Shown: positions 15,229-24,100 of the stretch, piece by piece | How the letters are laid out: each line of letters opens with the position of its first letter | Numbering within the stretch: position 1 is the stretch's first letter | The notes under the pieces: model-generated | Database searches by the model: none | What the model saw: the letters and a program-made list of their open reading frames with translations, nothing else | What the model was told of the DNA's origin: nothing | Position numbers and translations under genes: made by a program | Assembly (NCBI GenBank): GCA_030613375.1 | Contig: JAUWMC010000002.1 | Span: forward strand, 1-51,146 | DNA from: Candidatus Micrarchaeota archaeon | GTDB taxonomy: Archaea; Micrarchaeota; Micrarchaeia; Anstonellales; Bilamarchaeaceae | Direction: 5' to 3' | Length of the DNA: 51,146 bases

Positions 15229-15753
15229 ATGGGAGGCAAAACCAAGGAAAAGAAGCCTAAGGAAGAGCAAAGGCCAAAGATTGTTCCAACGAAGGCAGAA
15301 AGGCCCGAATTTACCCAAGTAGTGGACATAAGGGACCCTTGGGAAGGAAAACAAAAAATAAAAATCAAAATGCCCACAAAAAAGGAAATATCTGGGGAAG
15401 TGGACCTTGAAAAAGAAGAGTTTGCAACCAGGGAATCTTTTGCAGAAAAACTCGCGGAGCTGCGGGCAAGAATGGAAAGGAGGGAAAGAAAAGACTCAAG
15501 GTACCATAGGGGAAATGTTGCTTACAGGCCCAGGGGAACAAAGAAGAAAAAACGCACGTATTTAGATAGAATGAGCAGGCTTGGGAGCGTTGCAGGAAAC
15601 CGGACCGGAGCAAAGAAGAAAAAGGCAGGGAAAGAAGGAGAAAACGTAATGGTTTTTACTCCAAAAGAGCTTTATGGGAAGAAAGAAGCAGAACAGCTAG
15701 CCAAGCTTGATGCAGAAAGGCGAAAGAAGCCCAAAAAGAAGAAAGGGAGTTAG
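15229..15753 (+). CDS. Lys/Glu/Arg-rich low-complexity basic protein, function unknown
   Basis: 174-aa ORF. A TATA-like TTTTTTATAG (15199-15208) lies about 28 nt upstream of the ATG. Confidence 0.5.
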   Translation: MGGKTKEKKPKEEQRPKIVPTKAERPEFTQVVDIRDPWEGKQKIKIKMPTKKEISGEVDLEKEEFATRESFAEKLAELRARMERRERKDSRYHRGNVAYRPRGTKKKKRTYLDRMSRLGSVAGNRTGAKKKKAGKEGENVMVFTPKELYGKKEAEQLAKLDAERRKKPKKKKGS

Positions 15754-17873
15754 CCCTTTAGTAATTTTTCAGCAATTAATTTTCCGCTTTCTTTATTCAG
15801 GTAACGGTTATCGTTGCCGCACATTGGATCTAAAATGCATTTAGGACATCCCTTTTCACAGTCGCATTTTTCCAAGCGATCTTTGGTCATTTGTACTATT
15901 TTTTCAAATTTGGAGAATACTACTTGGGTTACTCCGTTTCCATCCTCAACTGAATCATATACATACATTCTTCCAGAGGGATAAGAAAGGCCTCCTAATT
16001 CCTTTGGATCTGCTCCAGTAATTGCAGGCATCATAGAAATAGAAACATGCTCAAATGCATGCAATCCATCTCCGAATTCAGGAATATCATAAACCATATC
16101 CTCTACATCTAGCCAGAGTGCGTAAGTATCGTATTCGTATATATATGGGGTTTCGAAAGTGTGCTCTGCGATTTTTGTTGCTCCAAACACATCTTTAATT
16201 ATAAATCCATAAACCTCTTCGGTAATATGCACTTTTCCGAAGAAAAGCTTGTGGCCCAAACACTCACGCGATGCGAGTTCTTCCACTACTTCTGCACTCT
16301 TGTTGCTTAGTGCGGATGTGTATTCTTCTACCTGGCGGTCCATGGGCTCAACCCATGCCTCCATTTTTTCCAAGTCCAATTTTTTAGAGAGATAAGCACG
16401 GCCTCCATGTAGATAGATTGCACCTTCAAAAAGTTCCTTTATTGCCATTCCTATTCCACGTTCACCTATTCGTTTCTCGTTTTCGGAATTGTATATTTTT
16501 ACTGAGGCTCCTGCGGAACGAAGATTGATAAGGCGGGCGCGCATTGCACCCTCTTTGGTTATGCTATAGAAATTTCCCCATTTTTTTAGGAGTTCTTCTT
16601 CCTCTAGGGATTCAATTATTTTGAGGGTTTCTTCATTTACTTCTTCTGGGGAAAACATCAGATCTTTTGCAGCAGAAAGTGTATGTAATTTACGCACATT
16701 TTCATTCTTTGGGTTTATGTAGCAGTTTTCTGGTTCCCCGTGCAGGTACTCATCCTTATTTTCGATATAATACTGGTCCAAGGGACTTTCTTTTGCAACA
16801 AAAATTCCGTATCCTTTTCCTTTTCTCCCACACCTTCCTATACGTTGACGAACTCGGGTAATTGTTCCTGGAAATCCTGCAAGCACAACTACGTCCGTAT
16901 TCCCTATATCTATTCCTAATTCCAATGCGGAAGTAGTGGCGAGATATTTTATCCTGCCTGCCTTGAAATCAGATTCAATCCTTCTCCTATCACCCTGCCT
17001 TAATCCAGATCGATAAACTGCAAGAGGAATATTCATGCGCGAAGCCATCAGGCCCATCCGCTCAACTAATGAGTGGGAATTCCCAAAAATAAGGGCTTTA
17101 CGGCCTAACTCATCCGCAATACGAAGTGCGGCAACGGAATAGCTTTCCGAAGGAGAAACAAGCAGGTGGTGGAACTCGGAACGGGGAGATGAATTCCCCT
17201 CTACTAAAACGAACTCCTCTCCACACAAACCCTCGCAAAATTCCTTTGCGTTTCCTACTGTTGCAGAGGTTGCAATAAACTGAATATCCCGGTTGAATTT
17301 CTTTTTTATGAGGCGCTTAAGTCTCCAAAGAACATTGGATGCGTGCGCACCAAAAATCCCGGAGTATGTATGCACTTCATCCAAAACTACGTATTTGAGC
17401 TTCTCGAAGAATTTAGTAAAAAGGCGATTGTTTAGGAGGATGAAATGAAGCATATCCATATTGGAAATAATTATCTGGGGTGGGTTTGCACGGATCTTTT
17501 CCCTTTTTCCCTGAGCTGTATCTCCATCGTAGGTTTCGGTACGAACTCCGTATAAAGCAAATTCGGAAAATCTCAGATGTTGGTCTCGGGCTAATGCTTT
17601 GGTGGGATAGAGAAGGAGAGTATTTTCTCCGTTTACTGCCCCATCTACTGCAGGAACTATGAATACTTCACTTTTTCCTCCTGCGGTGGGTGCAACCACA
17701 ACTACATTCTTTCCTTCCTGCACCTGAAGAATTCCTTCCGCCTGATGTCTATATAAGTGCTCAATTCCACGGGAAGCAAATACATTTTTGATTGTAGAAG
17801 AAAGGGGAAAATCTGAGTATTGTGCTTCGCGGGCGGGCTCAATTTCCTCGATTGGATGATAATCTTCAAGCAT
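15750..17873 (-). CDS. DEAD/DEAH-box helicase with C-terminal DUF1998/MZB zinc module (YprA/MrfA-like)
   Basis: Walker A is VAPTAGGKSEVF, motif II is VLDEVHTY, and the SAT motif is ATSATVGN. The C-terminus has HAFEHVSISMMP and the Cys cluster CDCEKGCPKCILDPMCGNDN. Confidence 0.85.
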   Translation of the reverse strand: MLEDYHPIEEIEPAREAQYSDFPLSSTIKNVFASRGIEHLYRHQAEGILQVQEGKNVVVVAPTAGGKSEVFIVPAVDGAVNGENTLLLYPTKALARDQHLRFSEFALYGVRTETYDGDTAQGKREKIRANPPQIIISNMDMLHFILLNNRLFTKFFEKLKYVVLDEVHTYSGIFGAHASNVLWRLKRLIKKKFNRDIQFIATSATVGNAKEFCEGLCGEEFVLVEGNSSPRSEFHHLLVSPSESYSVAALRIADELGRKALIFGNSHSLVERMGLMASRMNIPLAVYRSGLRQGDRRRIESDFKAGRIKYLATTSALELGIDIGNTDVVVLAGFPGTITRVRQRIGRCGRKGKGYGIFVAKESPLDQYYIENKDEYLHGEPENCYINPKNENVRKLHTLSAAKDLMFSPEEVNEETLKIIESLEEEELLKKWGNFYSITKEGAMRARLINLRSAGASVKIYNSENEKRIGERGIGMAIKELFEGAIYLHGGRAYLSKKLDLEKMEAWVEPMDRQVEEYTSALSNKSAEVVEELASRECLGHKLFFGKVHITEEVYGFIIKDVFGATKIAEHTFETPYIYEYDTYALWLDVEDMVYDIPEFGDGLHAFEHVSISMMPAITGADPKELGGLSYPSGRMYVYDSVEDGNGVTQVVFSKFEKIVQMTKDRLEKCDCEKGCPKCILDPMCGNDNRYLNKESGKLIAEKLLKG

Positions 17874-17878
17874 TTGAA

Positions 17879-19555
17879 TCAGCAGGAATAGATAAATCGA
17901 AGCGGTTCCTTGGAATCCAATCTACAGAATCCATACCTCTCAAACTGGACTATTGCCCCTACTTCCAGATCCAGGACTGCTTTTTCGCAGTATCCTTGTT
18001 CTTTTATGAGTGAATTGGGATTGTATTCTCCATTCAGGAAAAGGTCCCCGACTTTCCAGATTTCGCAATCCAAAGGTTCTGAACCCCATTGAAGTTTCTT
18101 TCCTTTAGTTATTTCTTCTCCCATATACCCAACTTTTACTTCATCCATGTTCTCAATCATTTTCACATTGTAGAGTTCCTTTAGGCGGAATATTTCACCC
18201 TCCTTCATCCCTTCGATTTCAGAACGCGGCACATAAAAAGTATCCTTTACAGAATATTGGCGAACTTCTTCCTTATCTGGATAAATTTTCATTTTTACGG
18301 TGCGCTCAGGCGCGCCTTCAACAGTAATTTTGATTGGATTTGGCACAAAAAAGTAATGGGGTGAGGTTGGATCCAAAAGTTTGCGGTTTTCTGAGAGCAA
18401 TTTGTCCCAAACAGGTTCGCTTTCCGCTTTTGTAAGGCCAAAAGAAAGTACAAATTTTTTGATTGCTTCTGGCAAAATTCCCCTTCTTTTGAGGCCCTTG
18501 AGTGTAGGAAGACGTGGATCATTCCATCCTTCTACTTTCCCTTCTTTTACTAATGGGCGAATGTGTCTTTTTCCTACTTTCGTATTCTTTATGGAAAGGC
18601 GGGCAAACTCTACAAGAATTGGTTCCCTCAATTTCAAATCTTTTAGAATCGCAAAATAGAGTGGATTGCGCAATTCGTACTCTTTTGTGCGCATTGCATG
18701 CGTAACTCCCTCGATTGAATCCATTATGGGTGCGGCAAAATCATATGAGGGCCAAACTCGAAATTGTTCACCTTGCCTATAGTGCGCAAAAAGTATTATG
18801 CGAAAAAGACTTGGATCACGCATCGCAGTATTATCTGAAGTTAAATCTCCTTTGTATCTGAGTATTGCTTCACCTACACCATATCCTCCATCAAGCATCT
18901 TTTTCCAGCGGGATTTCTGCTCCTCTGGAGAAAGTTTTCTGCAGTCGCACTCAGCCTGGAGTTCACGATTTTTGCTTACTTGCTCTCCTGTACAAGTGCA
19001 TACATAAGCCTGGTTATTTTCAAGCATTTTTTCTGCATAAGAGTAGAATTTTTCCATATTGTCAGAAGTATAAGTTTCTTCTCCATCCCATTTGATTCCA
19101 AGCCATTGGAGGCCTTCTTTAATTGCATCTACAAATTCGGGCTTTTCTTTTTCAGGATTTGTGTCATCAAACCTAAGAAGCATTTTTCCCCCATATTTCT
19201 TGGCAGTTTCATAATCCAGGAAAGATGCTTTGGCATGCCCAATATGCGGGTATCCTGAAGGCTCTGGAGGAAAACGGGTTACTACTTTTCCCTGTTCTGC
19301 ATTTGGAAGCTCAAGCTCCTTCTTCTCGTGCTTCTTTTCCACAAAAGTGTACTTGGAAAGTTCAGTTTCCAAATCTGAATCGGAAAGCACATTTACTTCT
19401 TCGCAGATGCGTGACGCCTCTTCCATAGTTACTTTCATGTCTTTTTTTGCATCCGGAAAATCTGCAATTACTTTTCCGATTATGGATTTGGGATTGGTTT
19501 TTCCGAAATCCTTCCTGTTTTTGAGAGCATATTTTCGAATAGTTTCACTAAGCAT
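17879..19555 (-). CDS. gltX: glutamyl-tRNA synthetase, archaeal/eukaryal type
   Basis: HIGH region is RFPPEPSGYPHIGHAKA. Length (558 aa) and the catalytic core pattern (LRFDDTNPEKE, WPSYDFA) fit. Confidence 0.9.
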   Translation of the reverse strand: MLSETIRKYALKNRKDFGKTNPKSIIGKVIADFPDAKKDMKVTMEEASRICEEVNVLSDSDLETELSKYTFVEKKHEKKELELPNAEQGKVVTRFPPEPSGYPHIGHAKASFLDYETAKKYGGKMLLRFDDTNPEKEKPEFVDAIKEGLQWLGIKWDGEETYTSDNMEKFYSYAEKMLENNQAYVCTCTGEQVSKNRELQAECDCRKLSPEEQKSRWKKMLDGGYGVGEAILRYKGDLTSDNTAMRDPSLFRIILFAHYRQGEQFRVWPSYDFAAPIMDSIEGVTHAMRTKEYELRNPLYFAILKDLKLREPILVEFARLSIKNTKVGKRHIRPLVKEGKVEGWNDPRLPTLKGLKRRGILPEAIKKFVLSFGLTKAESEPVWDKLLSENRKLLDPTSPHYFFVPNPIKITVEGAPERTVKMKIYPDKEEVRQYSVKDTFYVPRSEIEGMKEGEIFRLKELYNVKMIENMDEVKVGYMGEEITKGKKLQWGSEPLDCEIWKVGDLFLNGEYNPNSLIKEQGYCEKAVLDLEVGAIVQFERYGFCRLDSKEPLRFIYSC

Positions 19556-19619
19556 AAAGAGGATTTAGCTATAAATTAATTAAAAGGGGAAGGGGGGTAG
19601 GTTTCCAGTGAAAAAAATG

Positions 19620-19692
19620 TGGGACCGCCGAGATTCGAACTCAGATAACAAGTCCCCGAAACTTGCAGCTTACCAGGTTGGCTCACGGTCCC
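19620..19692 (-). tRNA. tRNA-Pro (anticodon CGG)
   Basis: A 73-nt cloverleaf was folded by hand: acceptor GGGACCG/CGGTCCC, anticodon stem CAAGT/ACTTG, loop TTCGGGG, T-arm CTGAG-TTCGAAT-CTCGG, discriminator A. No CCA is encoded. A T7 run follows immediately. Confidence 0.9.
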
Positions 19693-19839
19693 AGACAGTT
19701 TGAAGTGAAGGCGATGAAGGCGGCCCTTCTGAGCTTCGAACTGGCTAAATGGGTTAAGTTCTCTTTTTTGGGAATACCTGCTTAAAAATGCTACTGCAAG
19801 CCGAATGAATTTATATTATTTCCCTTCGCAAGTAAATAT

Positions 19840-20814
19840 ATGCAGAGTAAAGCCGGCACAACCGCTTTAGGAAACCCAAAAAGGATTGGGGGAAACAAAA
19901 AGCCTCATGCTGTCCATGACCAGATTCTTTTTTCAAGGGGAGGTGTTTCCTCGGAAAGACTTACCAAAAAGGATCTTATGGTGGGAAGGAAGCTGCTCTC
20001 GGAATTATCTGAAATGAAATACCCTATGAGGGATCGGGCCAGGGTTGTATATCTCAATGGTGGGGAGGCAGGCCAGAAAACAGAGCTTAAAAAAATAGCT
20101 TATGGGCTTGCAGTGCTTGACTTTGTAAAGGCAGTCAACAAGCGTGCAGAAAAATCCTCCACTACAACTTCAGGGGATTACCAGGTATTCTGCAGTTCGA
20201 TATCTGTATTCGCCAGTTTCTTTAAGGGAGAATATTTTTCCGAAGCACTAGAAAAAAATGCGCTTCCGCTTTACATGATGGAATCTGCCCTTGAAGCATG
20301 CTCAGAAATTTATGGAATGGGCACACTTCTTTTTGAAGAAACTTCTACGAGGTACATAGGAAAAGCAAGTGAATTTGTTGAAAATACAAAAAAAGAGGAT
20401 GCTGCACTCCAGAACTATGTTGCCCTGAGAATAAATACGCTGAATGAAAGGCTGGAAAATCAACAGGATAAACTACGCAAAGAGTTTACCAACAAAGTGC
20501 TGAAAGTATTGAAACGTCCTGGCACAAGGGGAGTAAAATACCAAATGCTTACCCGGAATTATGATGGCGCTTCGGTGAATGAGCCCACTGAAGAATTTGT
20601 GCTCTTTGGAAAGCATGACACAAAAAAGGCCCTTTCGCAAAAGCTTGAGAGTGCAGGGAAGCATCACATATTGGTATTAGAATATGAGCTGGAACTGCTT
20701 GAGGAGATACAGGACAAATTCAAGAAAGGACTTCCAATCAATGCAGAAGAAAGGGAAGCGGTCGCAAGACTGAAGGCAGGGGAACACGATAAAAGAATCA
20801 AAGCCATACGGTAG
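19840..20814 (+). CDS. hypothetical protein
   Basis: 324-aa ORF. A TATA-like ATTTATATTA (19809-19818) lies about 30 nt upstream of the ATG. Confidence 0.6.
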   Translation: MQSKAGTTALGNPKRIGGNKKPHAVHDQILFSRGGVSSERLTKKDLMVGRKLLSELSEMKYPMRDRARVVYLNGGEAGQKTELKKIAYGLAVLDFVKAVNKRAEKSSTTTSGDYQVFCSSISVFASFFKGEYFSEALEKNALPLYMMESALEACSEIYGMGTLLFEETSTRYIGKASEFVENTKKEDAALQNYVALRINTLNERLENQQDKLRKEFTNKVLKVLKRPGTRGVKYQMLTRNYDGASVNEPTEEFVLFGKHDTKKALSQKLESAGKHHILVLEYELELLEEIQDKFKKGLPINAEEREAVARLKAGEHDKRIKAIR

Positions 20815-20866
20815 GATTACTTTGGACCGAAGTAAAGCTTAAATATCTGCTCTTCGTGAAAATTAT

Positions 20867-21127
20867 ATGGCCCTAGACGATAAGATTGCAACCCTGGACA
20901 AGAAAACCAAAAAACAGGTAAAGAAAACTCTCAAATCAATCAATATTGCACTAAAACTGAATTCTGTAAAACTCAAACAAAAGAAAATTCCCAAGAAGTT
21001 GGAGCATCTTGTGCAATGGAAGGGTGCCCTGGAACAATGGCAGACAAATTACGGAAAAAGCACAGAGATCATGGATATGGCTGAAGGTTTAGGGGCATAT
21101 CACGAAATTTGCGTATCTCTTGGATAG
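20867..21127 (+). CDS. small Lys-rich hypothetical protein
   Basis: 86-aa ORF with a TATA-like GCTTAAATAT about 30 nt upstream. It ends 9 nt before the giant ORF start. Confidence 0.45.
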   Translation: MALDDKIATLDKKTKKQVKKTLKSINIALKLNSVKLKQKKIPKKLEHLVQWKGALEQWQTNYGKSTEIMDMAEGLGAYHEICVSLG

Positions 21128-21136
21128 GTGGGATGA

Positions 21137-24100
21137 TTGGATTCTCAGTTTAAAGGAAAAGGGAAACCCGTGCTTAATGTCAGGTCACATGAAGAATTAG
21201 GGATAACTGCAATTGCAGCGGTGCCTATACCGACACCAGTGGAAACAGGAAATTTGGCTGAAATTGCAGGAAAGGAAGCAGAAAGAGAAGTAAATAAGTT
21301 AACAAATCTGGGTGGACAAACTGAAGAAATTGCGGAAGCTGCTTTGAATATTGCATCACAAAACACTGAAAATGCGGTTGCGCTGGATTCCCGGGCAATG
21401 GCTGAACTTACTAAAGAAAGCTTAACCGACAAGGTTAACTCTCTGGAAGTGGCTCTTGAAAAAATGAAATCAGGGGAGAAGTATTCTAAGCTTCCCCAGG
21501 AAATAAAAGAAAGAGTTGAGAATGTTGCATGGCTTGCCTCGCAGGCAGGAAACAGGCTGGATTCAATGGAAGGTCCGGGGCAGGAAAATGTGCTCCGAAA
21601 AGCAAGCGAAGATGTTTCCTTTGCAACTTTTGCAATGAGCACAGTGCCTCTTGAAAAACAGGACCCTGCATCTGGAATGGCAAAATTCCACAAAAAGCTA
21701 AAGGAACTGCGGGAAATGGGGATTGAAGAGAGGGTGGGGAGGGAAAGGGAGGGATATATAGAACTGAGGGCTGCTGCAATTGTGGCATCCCTAGAGATAA
21801 GGGTTCGCTCCAATGCTAGGGGCATTGCACTTGCAAAAGAATACCGGAAACAAAACAAAAAATCATATTCAAAGGAGGAAAATAAAAAAATTAGGGGATA
21901 TCTTGCGCTTGCAGCGCAGCTTAATGGGAAAGCGCAGAAAAGCTTGCAGGGAGGGAAGCTTCTTGAGGCAGATGCACTTATTTCCAAATCCAATGCCCTA
22001 TCATCTGCAACCATGATGTACCTGGGCGCAGTGGGGTCAAGAAACTCCATGCGGCCGCCCATTAGGAGAAAAAATGAATATGAAAGGCTCAGAACAGCGG
22101 CAGCCTCCGAAATAAGCAAGATTGAGGGTGCGATGAATGCGATTGCTGCACTTGACACATCAATGGATGTAAAGGAACTCTCTGCAAAAACACTGGAGAA
22201 GTTTGGAGAAGTGCAGGAAGCGTGCGGTGCGGTGCAGAAAAAGGCTGCGGAAGCTGAACTGCTGCGGTTTGATGCATCACGTGAAGGGTATGTGGACAAG
22301 AGGCTGGAAAGAGTAGGTAAACGCACGCGTGGGCTGATAGATGCAGGGCAATACGAGGATGCTACTGAGCTGCTTGGGGTTGCTTTCCTTTACAAGGGAA
22401 CATATGAGAAGAGCTCATACAAGGGAATTGTGGGGGAGGATGAGAAGAAGAAAACACTTGGCCAAAAGCAAAAAGAGCTTGCAAAAAAGTTTGGATATTC
22501 TCCAAAAAGAGATAATTTGAGGCAGGCACGAAGGAAACTGGGGAGGGCTCTTGATGCGCTCTGTCCCCCTGAGAAAGAAGTTAAAGGAAAGCGGATGGGC
22601 GAAGCTTACTACGAGCGGGAGCTTGCAGCTGCAAAAGGCCTTATCAAAAGCGTGAAGAAAGGGCTGACGCATGCGCAGGATGCAAGGCAGGACCAGAAGG
22701 ACCAGCTTCTTGTGCTTGGAAAAGGGCAAAAAAAGAAGCCCGGCTCAGTTGCAACCAACACTGATATCGACCTTATGGCTGCTTACGGGCTTATGGGAAG
22801 GGCAAATGATGCAGAGCAGGTGCTCGACACAACTTTCCAGGATCACCTTGATGCAGAAAGGGAACTTTACATTGCTTCCCTAAACGTTGGGGAAACGATG
22901 GGGCTTCTAGCCACGCAGGACAAGCTGGTAACCCAAAAACAGAAGGAACTTGCAGCTGCTGGAAAAGACCTTGCAAAGCAGTCTGCAGGGATACTTGGGA
23001 ATGTTGCCCTCAAAGAATCGTTCGAAGAAATAGAGGAGCGGGAAAAGGAGGAAGGAATAATTATAACGCCTCATGGGGAAACAGGAGCAGACCGTACCGC
23101 ACTTGCAGTAAACGGAAGGCTTACGGGCACGCTTGATAATGTAATGAAGCAGGAAGCCAGGATGTCCGGCCTGCATGATGCAACCGTAAAAATATTGGGA
23201 GGAAAAACGGAGGAAACTGGGGTAGTTGGGTATAACGTTGCAGAAATAGTTGATTTGCAAAAAGAAGAGCTGAAGCGCTCTGATGAGGTCCTGAAGGAAG
23301 CAGGAGGGATGCAGGCGATAGGGAGAAGTGCATCCACTTACCTCATGGCCTACCGTGCAGGGGAAAGCAGGTTCTGGGGGAACACAAGAACAGTTCAGAT
23401 GCGGGACTATATCCCACGTGCAATGGATAAACTTTATGATGCTGCGAAGCATGTTGGGGATGGAAAATGGAAGGATGCTTCTAAGAGATATGGGGAAGCC
23501 CAGGGCCAGTTTATGGAAGGGTTTGCAACTGCAAGCGAGCGCAAATACAATGACCCCCTAATAGTGGAATACAAGGAAAAAACTCAGAATGCATTTGATG
23601 TGCTTATTGGGGTGAACGAGGGTGAAGCAAAAGACCTGAAAGCAGCAATACTTGCACTCAATGCAACTAACCTTACTGTGCAAACCCAATACAGAGGAAG
23701 CCAGGTGTTTGAAGGAGGGCTTGAAAATATTTTTGTTTCGTTTGAAGATGGAGGCTGGCTAACTCTTCTTGGGCCTGCGGGAATGGTTGCAGCTCAAGTT
23801 TACAGGGCATCTTCAAAGAGGAAGGAAGTGGTGCCCAAAACAAGGGAAGAAAAGCTGGAGCGCATTGGGTATGTTCCTTATGAAAAGAGAGTTGCAAGGA
23901 TGGAGGCTAAAACTGAGGAAGTGCTCAGCGGAAAAACCTCATTGTTTGAAAAAAGAGGGGCATTAAACAGCATAAGAAATGATGCGGATGACTCCCTTGA
24001 AACCTACCAAATTGCGCAGAGCGCGGAGGATGGACTGTTTACTGCCGCTTCGCTTGCTCTCCAGCCGATTTTCATTACTGAAATGACCCGTGATACGGTG

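Noticed and set aside
21145-22326. 393-aa ORF antisense to the start of the giant gene, plus similar long antisense ORFs at 25966..27048, 24004..24441, 22907..23452 and elsewhere
   Set aside because: These are shadow ORFs. The sense strand is rich in GAA/AAG/GCA codons, so the antisense strand is stop-poor. The translations are Ser/Phe/Leu/Cys/Pro-rich, low-complexity and unlike the rest of the proteome.
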